In this document: positions 48,597 through 58,023 of the stretch, one piece after another | Layout: each line of letters opens with the position of its first letter | How positions within the stretch are numbered: position 1 is the first letter of the stretch | Assembly: GCA_943787785.1 (NCBI GenBank) | Contig: CALSNT010000001.1 | Location: forward strand, 65,423 to 129,422 | Direction of reading: 5' to 3' | Source of the DNA: an uncultured Rhodobacteraceae bacterium | GTDB lineage: Bacteria > Pseudomonadota > Alphaproteobacteria > Rhodobacterales > Rhodobacteraceae | DNA: 64,000 nucleotides | The notes under the pieces: generated by a model | Database searches by the model: none | Told to the model about the DNA's origin: nothing | What the model saw: the letters and a program-made list of their open reading frames with translations, nothing else | Position numbers and translations under genes: made by a program

Positions 48597-49063
48597 TGTT
48601 TTGGCGCGCACTTATCCTGGCATTGTTGCTGCCAATGCCGCTTGCGGCGCAATCCGACGGAACGCTGGGCCTTATCACAGAAGAAGTTCTGGATGACGAG
48701 GAAGAGCGGTTCGATCCAACGTCGGTAATCGGCGACGTCATCACTTCGCGTGCTGAAGCAGGCCGTGTCGCAAATGCATCTGGAGCCGTTCTGCGCATGC
48801 TCGACAAAATTTCCGGGGCGGTCGAAGACGTCGAAGTGGCGACCGGCCGCACTGCGACATTGGGGCGGATCGATGTCGTACTTGGCGAATGCCGTTATCC
48901 GGTCAACAATCCTTCGGGCAACGCATTTGCATTCCTCGAGGTCTATGACGCAGGTGAGACGTCGCCCGCCTTTCGCGGCTGGATGGTGGCTGATTCACCG
49001 GCATTAAGCGCGCTGGATCATCCGCGTTATGACGTCTGGGTGATGCGCTGCACGACGTCCTGA
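48593..49063 (+). CDS. DUF2155 domain protein
   Basis: Signal peptide. [16 protein letters not shown]...[21 protein letters not shown]...[27 protein letters not shown]. Conserved partner of the MlaD/NDUFA12 pair in Alphaproteobacteria. Confidence 0.75.
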   Translation: MMFWRALILALLLPMPLAAQSDGTLGLITEEVLDDEEERFDPTSVIGDVITSRAEAGRVANASGAVLRMLDKISGAVEDVEVATGRTATLGRIDVVLGECRYPVNNPSGNAFAFLEVYDAGETSPAFRGWMVADSPALSALDHPRYDVWVMRCTTS

Positions 49064-49677
49064 CCAAGAGCGGCGGGCGAACTCGCATCAAAGTCTGCGG
49101 CGACACGCAATGCGCGGGCAAGTTGGCGATGATAGGCTTTTCTCGAGATTTCGATGCCGCCGAGGCTGGCAAGGTGAGGCGTCAGGAACTGGGTGTCGAA
49201 CAGGACAAATCCTGAGCAGACAAGCCGGTCGACAAGGTGCGCGAGGGCAACTTTCGAGGCATCCCTTCGAGTTGAGAACATCGACTCGCCGAAGAAGGCC
49301 CCGCCCAGCGCGACACCATAAACGCCACCGACCAAGTCCCCGTCATACCAGGCGTCGACCGAATGCGCCGCGCCGCGTTGGTGAAGCGCCAGGTACAAGG
49401 CCCGGATCGTGCCGTTGATCCAGGTATCCTCGCGCGCCGCACAGCCGTCGACGACCTGGGAAAAGGCCTGGTTATAAGTGATCGAAAAGCTGTTCTTTCG
49501 CAGCGTCTGCCGAAGCGAGCGCGAGGCGTAGAACCCATCCAGCGGCATCACACCGCGCCGGTCCGGGTCGACCCAGAATACTTCCGGGTCGTCTCGGCTT
49601 TCCGACATCGGGAACACGCCGCTGGCATATGCGTGCAGCAGCAATTCCGGCGTAATCGCGGTGTCGTCTCGCGGCAT
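49027..49677 (-). CDS. aat: Leucyl/phenylalanyl-tRNA-protein transferase
   Basis: [12 protein letters not shown]...WVDPDRRGV...[23 protein letters not shown]...ASKVAL. Confidence 0.9.
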   Translation of the reverse strand: MPRDDTAITPELLLHAYASGVFPMSESRDDPEVFWVDPDRRGVMPLDGFYASRSLRQTLRKNSFSITYNQAFSQVVDGCAAREDTWINGTIRALYLALHQRGAAHSVDAWYDGDLVGGVYGVALGGAFFGESMFSTRRDASKVALAHLVDRLVCSGFVLFDTQFLTPHLASLGGIEISRKAYHRQLARALRVAADFDASSPAALGQDVVQRITQTS

Positions 49678-49847
49678 CGTCCCTCGCGCGTCGGATGGGT
49701 CTAGAGGACTAACCCGTACCGCACGCCCAGACCCGTGTCACGCGTACCGTCGGCCATCTCACCGGTGTCGAGGTCGATGCTGACGGGCCCCACATCGATG
49801 GAGACTCCGGCCCCAAGGCGCACCGACAGGTTGTTGCGTTGCAACGA

Positions 49848-51194
49848 CTAGCCCAGGTTTGTTTCCAGCCACTTTTCCATCCAGTGGATGTCATAACTTC
49901 CATCCTGCACGGCCTGTTCATCCAGAAGTGCAGCGAACAGTGGCACCGAGGTGTCGATGCCGTCGATAATCAACTCTCCCAAGGCGCGGCGCAGGCGGGC
50001 GAGCGCTTCGGGACGGTCGCGGCCATGCACGATCAGCTTGCCGATCAGGCTGTCGTAGTAGGGCGGGATCGAGTAGCCGTCGTAAAGCGCGCTGTCCATG
50101 CGCACGCCGAGCCCGCCGGGCGCGTGATATTGGCTGATCCGGCCCGGTGAGGGGGTGAAGTTCGGCAGCTTCTCGGCGTTCAGGCGTACTTCAATCGAAT
50201 GGCCGTTCACTACCAGATCGTCCTGGCTGAATTCCAGCGGCAGACCGGCAGCGACGCGGATCTGTTCGCGCACCAGATCGACGCCGAAGATCGCTTCGGT
50301 CACGGGATGTTCAACCTGCAGGCGGGTGTTCATTTCGATGAAATAGAACTCGCCATCCTCAAACAGGAACTCGACCGTGCCGGCACCGATGTAGTTGATC
50401 TTGGCGACCGCGTCAGCACAGATACCGCCGATCTCGGCGCGCATTTCGGGAGTGATGACCGGTCCGGGGGCTTCTTCGAACACCTTCTGGTGGCGGCGTT
50501 GCAGCGAGCAATCGCGTTCACCCAGATGAACGGCATTGCCCTTGCCGTCGCCGAAAACCTGGACTTCGATATGGCGCGGCTTCTGGAGATATTTCTCGAT
50601 GTAGACTTCGTCGTTGCCAAATGCCGCTTTGGATTCAGATCGGGCCGTGCGGAACGCGACTTCAAGGTCCTTGGCGGTTTTGGCGACCTTCATGCCGCGC
50701 CCGCCACCCCCTGCGGTGGCCTTGATAATAACCGGAAAGCCCATGCCTTCGGCCACTTTGGCTGCCGTGTCCAGATCGGGGACGCCGCCTTCGGAGCCAG
50801 GGACAACCGGAATCCCGAGGTTCTTGGCGGTTTCCTTGGCGGTGATCTTGTCGCCCATGATGCGGATGTGCTCGGCCGTCGGGCCGATGAAGGTGATCTC
50901 GTGATCTTCGACCGCCTGCACGAAATTGGCGTTTTCGCTGAGGAAGCCATAGCCCGGATGGATCGCCTGTGCGCCGGTGATCTCACATGCCGAGATGATC
51001 GCTGCAGTGTTCAGATAGCTGGCCGTTCCCGGAGGCGGGCCGATGCAGATGCTTTCGTCGGCCATTCGTACATGCATCGCGTCGGAATCGGCGGTGGAGT
51101 GTACTGCGACGGATTTGATGCCCATTTCCTGGCAGGCGCGTACCACACGCAGCGCGATTTCGCCCCGGTTGGCGATCAGGATTTTGTCGAACAT
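49848..51194 (-). CDS. accC: Acetyl-CoA carboxylase biotin carboxylase subunit
   Basis: [26 protein letters not shown]..., ATP-grasp domain, 448 aa. Confidence 0.95.
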   Translation of the reverse strand: MFDKILIANRGEIALRVVRACQEMGIKSVAVHSTADSDAMHVRMADESICIGPPPGTASYLNTAAIISACEITGAQAIHPGYGFLSENANFVQAVEDHEITFIGPTAEHIRIMGDKITAKETAKNLGIPVVPGSEGGVPDLDTAAKVAEGMGFPVIIKATAGGGGRGMKVAKTAKDLEVAFRTARSESKAAFGNDEVYIEKYLQKPRHIEVQVFGDGKGNAVHLGERDCSLQRRHQKVFEEAPGPVITPEMRAEIGGICADAVAKINYIGAGTVEFLFEDGEFYFIEMNTRLQVEHPVTEAIFGVDLVREQIRVAAGLPLEFSQDDLVVNGHSIEVRLNAEKLPNFTPSPGRISQYHAPGGLGVRMDSALYDGYSIPPYYDSLIGKLIVHGRDRPEALARLRRALGELIIDGIDTSVPLFAALLDEQAVQDGSYDIHWMEKWLETNLG

Positions 51195-51198
51195 GGGC

Positions 51199-51699
51199 TT
51201 AGCCGACGATCATCAGGAGGCTGCCGAATTCGACCGCGGCGCCGTCTTCGACCAGAATGCGTTTGACGGTGCCGGAGTGCGGTGCGGGGATGTGGTTCAT
51301 TGTCTTCATCGCCTCAACGATGCAAAGCGTTTGTCCCTCTTCAACCTTGTCGCCCACTTTGACGAAAGCGTCTGCACCCGGTTCCGCCGACAGATAAGCG
51401 GTACCAACCATGGGCGAGGGAACAGCGCCAGCGTGCGAGGCCGGATCTTCCGCGCCCTCTGCCACCGGTGAGGTCGCCGCCGCCGAAACCGGAGCCGCAG
51501 CGGGTGCGGCGGCAATCGGGGCTGGAGCTTGTTGGGCCGGGACCGCTGCCGCCGTCTGCATCCGGCTGACCCGAACATTCAGCGAGTCATCCTCGCCGTA
51601 GTCTCGCTTGACCTGCAATTCAGTCAAACCGTTTTCGTTGAGCAACTCGGCCAAGGCCCGGATGAATTCGACATCCTTGTCGTGGGGGTTTTTGGTCAT
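51199..51699 (-). CDS. accB: Biotin carboxyl carrier protein
   Basis: Ala/Pro-rich linker and the biotinylation motif [12 protein letters not shown]. Confidence 0.95.
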   Translation of the reverse strand: MTKNPHDKDVEFIRALAELLNENGLTELQVKRDYGEDDSLNVRVSRMQTAAAVPAQQAPAPIAAAPAAAPVSAAATSPVAEGAEDPASHAGAVPSPMVGTAYLSAEPGADAFVKVGDKVEEGQTLCIVEAMKTMNHIPAPHSGTVKRILVEDGAAVEFGSLLMIVG

Positions 51700-51821
51700 C
51701 GCGGTCCCTCGTGCCTGTTGATCCCCCGGCTCGGTGGCGGGGCGTTCGGATAGCTATACGCCAGCCAAGCACGCCTGAAAAGCGCGGAGCGACGGCGCGG
51801 GGCGCAGTGGGCGAAGATTTT

Positions 51822-51845
51822 TTGACTCTTCGGTAAAATTTACCG
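51822..51845. promoter_or_regulatory. AT-rich operator-like repeats upstream of preT
   Basis: TTGACtcttcgGTaAA (RutR-like TTGAC-N6-GTCAA, 9 of 10 in the outer half-sites) overlaps the palindrome CGGTAAA-a-TTTACCG (51831-51845). Confidence 0.35.
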
Positions 51846-51905
51846 TTTGATAAAATCCTGGAATGTGGCAATCTGCAGTGGTGGAATTCGGCTTGGGAGG
51901 GCCAG

Positions 51906-53240
51906 ATGGCCAACGATCAATGGACACCGGGTGTGGTTTCGGGGCGTCTGCCGGCTGATCAGCTGGCAGAAAATTTTGGCGATCTGCATCCGCTGATGGA
52001 TGCGCACGAGGCTCTGGTCGCTGCCGACCGCTGTTATTTTTGCTATGACGCGCCCTGTGTGACGGCCTGCCCGACTTCGATCGACATCCCGTTGTTCATC
52101 CGCCAGATATCGGCAGACGGGACCGAAGGAGCCGCGAAAACAATCCTGGAGCAAAACATTCTGGGCGGTATGTGCGCCCGCGTTTGCCCGACCGAAACAC
52201 TCTGCGAAGAGGCCTGTGTGCGGGAGGCCGCCGAGGGCAAGCCGGTCGAGATTGGGCGGCTGCAACGATTTGCAACTGATACGCTGATGGCCCGTGGGGT
52301 GCACCCGTTCTCCCGTGCTGCGACCACAGGCCGGCGTATTGCAGTGGTGGGCGCGGGGCCGGCGGGCCTGTCCTGTGCCCACCGGCTGGCAATGCATGGG
52401 CATGATGTGGCGATGTACGATGCGCGTGCGAAATCCGGTGGGCTGAATGAATATGGCATCGCGAGCTACAAGACTGTGGATGGGTTTGCCCAAGTCGAGG
52501 TTGACTGGCTGATGAAAATTGGCGGCATCACTGTCGAACATGGCAAGGCGCTGGGCGATGCGTTGACGCTGGACGGCCTGAGCGGGGAGTTCGACGCGGT
52601 GTTTCTTGGCATCGGATTGGGAGGTGTGAATGCATTGCGGGCGACGGGCGAAGACAAAGAGGGCGTCGACGACGCGGTAAACTTTATTTCGGAATTGCGG
52701 CAGGCAAGCGACCTATCCTCCCTGTCGGTCGGCCGCAATGTGGTGGTGATCGGCGGCGGCATGACCGCCGTCGATGCCGCTGTACAATCCAAGCTGTTGG
52801 GGGCGGAGAACGTCACCATGGTCTATCGCCGAGGCAAGGACCGAATGAGTGCCAGCGAATGGGAACAGGACCTTGCCGCGCAGAAAGGCGTGCGGATCAT
52901 CTATGGCGCGATGCCGGTGGCGGTGCATGGGAATGGTGCGGCGCAGGATGTGGAATTCGAGTACACCCGCGATGCGGGCGGCAAGCTGGAAGGCACCGGC
53001 GAGACGTTTCGCATACCGGCGGACCAGGTGCTGAAAGCCATTGGGCAGACGTTGGACGGTGTGCCTGATGACCTCGAGATCTCCGGCGGCAAGATCGCTA
53101 TCAGCGGGGCCGGGCGCACGTCGCTGGAGGGCGTCTGGGCCGGGGGAGATTGTGCCGCGGGCGGCGACGACCTGACCGTGACGGCCGTGGCCGAGGGGCG
53201 CGATGCGGCCGAGGATATTCACCAAGCGTTGTCCGCATGA
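51906..53240 (+). CDS. preT: NAD-dependent dihydropyrimidine dehydrogenase subunit PreT (GltD-like)
   Basis: Fe-S Cys clusters (CYFCYDAPCVTACP; CARVCPTETLCE) and [12 protein letters not shown], 444 aa. Confidence 0.8.
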   Translation: MANDQWTPGVVSGRLPADQLAENFGDLHPLMDAHEALVAADRCYFCYDAPCVTACPTSIDIPLFIRQISADGTEGAAKTILEQNILGGMCARVCPTETLCEEACVREAAEGKPVEIGRLQRFATDTLMARGVHPFSRAATTGRRIAVVGAGPAGLSCAHRLAMHGHDVAMYDARAKSGGLNEYGIASYKTVDGFAQVEVDWLMKIGGITVEHGKALGDALTLDGLSGEFDAVFLGIGLGGVNALRATGEDKEGVDDAVNFISELRQASDLSSLSVGRNVVVIGGGMTAVDAAVQSKLLGAENVTMVYRRGKDRMSASEWEQDLAAQKGVRIIYGAMPVAVHGNGAAQDVEFEYTRDAGGKLEGTGETFRIPADQVLKAIGQTLDGVPDDLEISGGKIAISGAGRTSLEGVWAGGDCAAGGDDLTVTAVAEGRDAAEDIHQALSA

Positions 53241-53599
53241 ACGGGCCGACCTTTACCGGCGGCGCGAATGTGGCCCTGAAACTGCCCGAGCGTCTGTATC
53301 GCCAGACCTTGGAATTCTACCGCGATACGCTTGGCCTGTCGGTGGAGGAAAAGGGCGACGATCTGAGCATTGTCGACTTCGGGCCAATCCGGCTGAGCCT
53401 TGATCGCGTGCCGCGCCAAAGTCAGCCGGACATCTGGCTGCAATTGGAGACGCCTGATACTGGTGCTGCGAAGCGCGCACTGGAACGCGCCGGGGTGACC
53501 ATTTGCGATGAGGTTGAGCCTTTGCCGGAAGGTTTCGACGGATTCTGGATTGCCGCACCGTCCGGCACCATTCACCTGGTTGACGGGACCGCGTCCTGA
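53237..53599 (+). CDS. VOC (glyoxalase/bleomycin-resistance fold) family protein
   Basis: Start MNGPTF overlaps the preT stop. FYRDTLGL...GFWIAAPSGTIHLV fits a VOC beta-alpha-beta module. Confidence 0.55.
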   Translation: MNGPTFTGGANVALKLPERLYRQTLEFYRDTLGLSVEEKGDDLSIVDFGPIRLSLDRVPRQSQPDIWLQLETPDTGAAKRALERAGVTICDEVEPLPEGFDGFWIAAPSGTIHLVDGTAS

Positions 53600-53979
53600 T
53601 GGCCCTGAAACGCATCAGTTTTCAGTCGATCCCCGTGGATGATCAGGACCGGGCGTTGGCATTTTATTGTGACATTCTGGGGTTCGAGGTCCATACGGAT
53701 GCGCCCTTCGACGACGGTTGGCGCTGGGTATTCTTGACCATCCCTGACGCGGAAACCCGCCTGCAATTCGCCAAACGATCCGACATCACCGTCCACGACA
53801 AGCCCACGCTGGCGTTGGCATGTGACGACGTGGACGCCGAGTGTGTCCGCTGGCGCGAAGCAGGCGTAAACGTCACTAACGAACCACAGGATGCCCCGTG
53901 GCAACCCGGCGTGCGCTGGGCGACGATACGCGACAGCGAAGACAACATCCTGTTCATCGAATCCTTGAAGGAGGGCTGA
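53599..53979 (+). CDS. VOC family protein
   Basis: SIPVDDQDRALAFYCDILGFEVHTD...WATIRDSEDNILFIES, 126 aa. Confidence 0.7.
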   Translation: MALKRISFQSIPVDDQDRALAFYCDILGFEVHTDAPFDDGWRWVFLTIPDAETRLQFAKRSDITVHDKPTLALACDDVDAECVRWREAGVNVTNEPQDAPWQPGVRWATIRDSEDNILFIESLKEG

Positions 53980-53982
53980 ACC

Positions 53983-55284
53983 ATGGCCGACCTCTCGTCC
54001 AATTTCGTCGGGATCAAATCCCCGAACCCGTTCTGGCTCGCCTCGGCGCCGCCGACCGACAAGGAATACAACGTCCGCCGCGCTTTCGAAGCAGGTTGGG
54101 GCGGCGTGGTTTGGAAAACGCTCGGTCTCGACCCTCATATCGTTAACGTAAACGGTCCCCGGTACGGTGTTGTTTACGGGGCCGACCGGCGAGTGCTTGG
54201 GATCAACAATATCGAGTTGATCACCGACCGTCCGCTGCAGACCAACCTCGATGAGATCACGGCGGTCAAGCGCGACTACCCGGATCGCGCCGTCGTCGTT
54301 TCCTTGATGGTGCCATGCGAAGAACCGTGCTGGAACGAGATATTGCCCAAGGTCGAGGCGACCGGGGCGGACGGGATCGAGCTGAATTTCGGTTGCCCGC
54401 ACGGGATGAGCGAACGCGGCATGGGCGCCGCTGTCGGGCAGGTGCCGGAATATATCGAGATGGTGGCACGCTGGTGCAAGGCTGCGACCCAGATGCCGGT
54501 GATCGTGAAGCTGACGCCCAACATCACTGACATTCGCTATCCGGCGCGGGCTGCGAAAGCGGGCGGGGCGGATGCGGTAAGCCTGATCAACACCGTCAGT
54601 TCGATCACTTCAGTGAACCTCGACACGATGTCGCCGGAACCGTCGATTGACGGGAAGGGTTCGCACGGTGGCTATTGTGGCGCTGCGGTCAAACCCATCG
54701 CGTTAAACATGGTCGCGGAAATCGCGCGGGACGCCGAAACTGCTGGCCTGCCAATCAGCGGCATCGGTGGTGTGACGACCTGGCGCGACGCGGCGGAGTT
54801 TCTGGCGCTGGGCGCGGGTAACGTTCAGGTCTGTACGGCGGCAATGGTTTATGGCTTCGAGATCGTGAAGGAATTGAAGGTGGGCCTGTCAGACTGGATG
54901 GACTCTGCGGGATATGACTCGGTTGCGGCAGTCACGGGCCGCGCGGTGCCGAACGTGACCGACTGGCAGTATCTGAACCTGAACTACATCGCCAAGGCGA
55001 AGATCAATCAGGATGCCTGCATCAAATGCGGGCGCTGTTATGCGGCCTGTGAGGATACCAGCCACCAGGCGATTTCCATGGGCGAGGGGCGGGTTTTTGA
55101 GGTGATCGACGAGGAATGCGTCGCCTGCAACCTGTGTGTCGATGTCTGCCCGGTCGAAGATTGCATCACAATGGAGCAGATGGCCCCGGGGACAGTCGAT
55201 CCGCGCACGGGTAAGGTAGTCGAGGAAGAGTACGCCAATTGGACGACGCATCCGAACAATCCGGCGGCGCAGGCGGCAGAGTGA
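53983..55284 (+). CDS. preA: NAD-dependent dihydropyrimidine dehydrogenase subunit PreA
   Basis: DHOD-like TIM barrel (ELNFGCPHGM, KLTPN) plus C-terminal 2x[4Fe-4S] motifs CIKCGRCYAAC and CVACNLCVDVCP. Confidence 0.9.
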   Translation: MADLSSNFVGIKSPNPFWLASAPPTDKEYNVRRAFEAGWGGVVWKTLGLDPHIVNVNGPRYGVVYGADRRVLGINNIELITDRPLQTNLDEITAVKRDYPDRAVVVSLMVPCEEPCWNEILPKVEATGADGIELNFGCPHGMSERGMGAAVGQVPEYIEMVARWCKAATQMPVIVKLTPNITDIRYPARAAKAGGADAVSLINTVSSITSVNLDTMSPEPSIDGKGSHGGYCGAAVKPIALNMVAEIARDAETAGLPISGIGGVTTWRDAAEFLALGAGNVQVCTAAMVYGFEIVKELKVGLSDWMDSAGYDSVAAVTGRAVPNVTDWQYLNLNYIAKAKINQDACIKCGRCYAACEDTSHQAISMGEGRVFEVIDEECVACNLCVDVCPVEDCITMEQMAPGTVDPRTGKVVEEEYANWTTHPNNPAAQAAE

Positions 55285-55305
55285 TGGTTTTTCGGAGAAA
55301 ATCAT

Positions 55306-55338
55306 GCCTCAGGCAGGAGTATTTGAGAAAAGAAGATG
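55306..55338 (+). repeat. Intergenic repeat copy E
   Basis: gcctcaggcaGGAGTATTTGaGAAAAGAAGAtg, between convergent preA and the TetR gene. Confidence 0.55.
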
Positions 55339-55343
55339 GGTGT

Positions 55344-55958
55344 TCAGAAGGGGCTGAGCGCCCTTTCGTAGAGGCTTTGCAAAAAACCGGCGGCAGCGTC
55401 GAAATGCGCTTCTCCGTCAGGTCGCAGTATCCCCCGAACCTGCACGTCAAAATCGGCGTAGTGCTGCGTCGTTGCCCAGATTGAAAAGATCAGGTGATGC
55501 GGGTCGAGGGGGGCAATTTGTCCAGCTTCGGACCAGCCCCGGATCACCGCGGCTTTTTCATCAACCAGCGTCTTAAGGGGGCCAGTGATTTCGTCGATCA
55601 TCCGCGGCGCGCCCTGTACGATTTCGTTGGCGAACAGGCGACTTTCGCGGGGGTAGGCACGGCTCATTTCCAGCTTGCGCTGGACATATCCGGTGATTTC
55701 GCCGATCGGGTCGCCGTTGGCGTTCAAGGCGCGCAACGGGTCCAGCCACGTGTCAAGCAGGCTGGTCAGAAGCTCGGCGTGGATCGCCTCTTTCCCGGCA
55801 AAATAATAGAGCAGGTTCGGCTTGCTGAGACCCGCAGCCGTGGCGATCTGATCCAGCGTCGCGCCACGGAACCCATTTGCGGAAAACACCTCGAGCGCCG
55901 CTTCAAGAATCGTGGCGCGGTTCTTCATCTGAATGCGGGTTTTAGGAGCGGCGGCCAT
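55344..55958 (-). CDS. TetR-family regulator, RutR-like
   Basis: TetR HTH ILEAALEVFSANGFRGATLDQIATAAGLSKPNLLYYF. Located in a pyrimidine catabolic locus next to a RutR-box. Confidence 0.8.
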   Translation of the reverse strand: MAAAPKTRIQMKNRATILEAALEVFSANGFRGATLDQIATAAGLSKPNLLYYFAGKEAIHAELLTSLLDTWLDPLRALNANGDPIGEITGYVQRKLEMSRAYPRESRLFANEIVQGAPRMIDEITGPLKTLVDEKAAVIRGWSEAGQIAPLDPHHLIFSIWATTQHYADFDVQVRGILRPDGEAHFDAAAGFLQSLYERALSPF

Positions 55959-56021
55959 TGAAATCCTTTGCCATTTCGGCCCGCCAAGCTTGACCTGCCT
56001 TACGACTCTGCTAGCGTGTTC

Positions 56022-56037
56022 CTGACCAATTGGTCAA
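56022..56037. promoter_or_regulatory. RutR-type operator
   Basis: cTGACCAatTGGTCAA matches 15 of 16 positions of the E. coli RutR box TTGACCAnnTGGTCAA. TGACCAATTGGTCA is a perfect 14-bp palindrome. It sits in the divergent TetR/cupin intergenic region. Confidence 0.7.
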
Positions 56038-56062
56038 ACTATTTCCTGCTGTCGGGGGACGG

Positions 56063-56347
56063 ATGCGCGACGCTGCAGTGGCCACTCAGATGATCGACGA
56101 CGACAGGGTTCGCGTGACCCGGTTTGATTTCGAGCCGGGTGCCGAAACTGGCTGGCACACCCATGGCTATGACTATGTCATCACCGCCGTCACCGATTGC
56201 CATATGGCGCTGGAAGAACCCGGCTGCGACACCCGTCAGGTGTTGGTGCCTGCGGGCGACAGCTATCGGCGAATGCGGGGCATCGAGCATAATGTGATCA
56301 ACGACAGCGACGCGAAGATGAGCTTTGTCGAAGTCGAACTGAAGTAG
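56063..56347 (+). CDS. Cupin domain protein
   Basis: GAETGWHTHGYDYVI...H motif of the cupin fold. Start moved to MRDAAV so that it does not cover the operator. Confidence 0.65.
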   Translation: MRDAAVATQMIDDDRVRVTRFDFEPGAETGWHTHGYDYVITAVTDCHMALEEPGCDTRQVLVPAGDSYRRMRGIEHNVINDSDAKMSFVEVELK

Positions 56348-56358
56348 GAGGCAACCCC

Positions 56359-57609
56359 ATGGCCGCACCCGGCGAAAACATGAAGATTGACGCGGATCGG
56401 CTGTGGGACAGCCTGATGGAGATGGCCAAGATCGGTCCTGGCGTCGCGGGTGGCAACAACCGCCAGACGGTGACCGATGAGGACAGTGAAGGGCGGCATC
56501 TGTTTCAGGAATGGTGCAAGGCGGCGGGTTGCTCGATGGGCCTGGATACGATGGGCAACATGTTCGCACGCCGCGAGGGTACGGACCCAGACGCGCTGCC
56601 GGTCTATGTCGGCAGCCATCTGGATACCCAGCCGACGGGCGGTAAGTATGACGGCGTTCTGGGCGTGCTCGGCGGGTTGGAGATCATACGGAGCCTCAAT
56701 GACCTGGGTGTGAAGACCAAACACCCGATTGTGGTGACCAACTGGACGAATGAGGAGGGTACGCGGTTTGCCCCGGCAATGCTCGCCTCGGGCGTGTTTG
56801 CCGGTGTGCACACCCAGGACTGGGCGTATGACAAGAAGGATGCCGAAGGGAAAAAATTCGGCGATGAGCTCAAGCGGATCGGCTGGCGCGGTGACGAAGC
56901 GGTCGGTGACCGCAAGATGCATGCGTTTTTCGAGCTGCACATCGAACAGGGGCCAATCCTTGAGGCCGAGGGCAAGGACATCGGTGTTGTCACCCACGGG
57001 CAGGGGCTAAGCTGGACGCAGGTGACGATCACCGGCAAGGACAGCCACACTGGCTCCACCCCGATGCCGATGAGGAAGAACGCCGGGCTTGGCATGGCGC
57101 GGGTGCTGGAACTGGTGGATGAAATTGCCTGGTCGCACAAACCCCACGCGGTCGGGGCGGCGGGGCATATCGACGTCTTTCCGAACTCGCGCAATGTTAT
57201 CCCCGGCAAAGTGGTATTCACGGTCGACCTGCGGTCCCCCGACCTGTCCGTGATCGAGGATATGGAGGCGCGGCTGAAATCAGGCGCGCAAAAGATTTGC
57301 GACGACATGGGTCTGGGCGTGGAATTTGAAAAGGTCGGCGGTTTCGATCCGGTCACCTTCAATCCAGATTGTGTGACGGCCGTGCGCGATGCCGCAGAGC
57401 GAATAGGCTATTCTCATCGTGACCTTATCTCCGGGGCAGGGCATGATGCGTGCTGGATCAACCGGGTCGCGCCCACGGCGATGGTGATGTGTCCCTGCGT
57501 CGATGGCCTGAGCCATAACGAGGCGGAGGACATCAGCCGCGAATGGGCCGAAGCCGGTGCTAACGTGTTGATGCACGCCGTGGTTGAGACGGCCGTCATC
57601 GTGGAATGA
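56359..57609 (+). CDS. M20-family N-carbamoyl-amino-acid / beta-ureidopropionate amidohydrolase
   Basis: GSHLDTQPTGGKYDGVLGV, WTNEEG, HSGAGHDA-like ISGAGHDAC, 416 aa. The context is reductive pyrimidine degradation. Confidence 0.8.
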   Translation: MAAPGENMKIDADRLWDSLMEMAKIGPGVAGGNNRQTVTDEDSEGRHLFQEWCKAAGCSMGLDTMGNMFARREGTDPDALPVYVGSHLDTQPTGGKYDGVLGVLGGLEIIRSLNDLGVKTKHPIVVTNWTNEEGTRFAPAMLASGVFAGVHTQDWAYDKKDAEGKKFGDELKRIGWRGDEAVGDRKMHAFFELHIEQGPILEAEGKDIGVVTHGQGLSWTQVTITGKDSHTGSTPMPMRKNAGLGMARVLELVDEIAWSHKPHAVGAAGHIDVFPNSRNVIPGKVVFTVDLRSPDLSVIEDMEARLKSGAQKICDDMGLGVEFEKVGGFDPVTFNPDCVTAVRDAAERIGYSHRDLISGAGHDACWINRVAPTAMVMCPCVDGLSHNEAEDISREWAEAGANVLMHAVVETAVIVE

Positions 57610-57624
57610 ATCGGGGATACGTAA

Positions 57625-57957
57625 ATGTTCTGTGCGCCTAAAGGTGTTGTTATTGCGGCATTAATTTCGGTTGTCGGAGTGGCTGCCTGCGACCCGGATG
57701 CGATCAATGCGGAAGTGGAGCGCGTGGTGGCGCCAATCGAGGAAAAGGCGAATGAGGTCTTCGGCCGCGTCGGTGGCGTTCGCAAACCGGCGGTCGTTCC
57801 GTCCAACGTCAAAGCCAACCTGCCCCCCGGCATCCCCGAATCGATGGTCGTCCAGAACGCGCGCGGATGCTACGGCTGGACCATCGAGACAGGCTCGACC
57901 GACATTATTCCGATCAAAAACGAGCAGGGGCGGGCCATCTGCGGCGCGGCGACGTAG
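57625..57957 (+). CDS. Small lipoprotein (hypothetical)
   Basis: Lipobox-like VGVAAC after a hydrophobic N-terminus, 110 aa. Confidence 0.45.
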   Translation: MFCAPKGVVIAALISVVGVAACDPDAINAEVERVVAPIEEKANEVFGRVGGVRKPAVVPSNVKANLPPGIPESMVVQNARGCYGWTIETGSTDIIPIKNEQGRAICGAAT

Positions 57958-58023
57958 CCCTGCCGGTGAGGCCCCATCAAACGGGCTGAAGTAACCCGAA
58001 GGCATTCAACAGGGAGTCGAGGT

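Noticed and set aside
49702-49845. 47-codon TTG-initiated ORF between accC and aat ([47 protein letters not shown])
   Set aside because: It has only a TTG start directly after the accC stop, no RBS, and low-complexity Gly/Val/Asp composition. It could be a remnant of a beta-barrel C-terminus, but I cannot support a gene call.
50199-51266. 355-aa forward ORF opposite accC
   Set aside because: It is the antisense shadow of biotin carboxylase.
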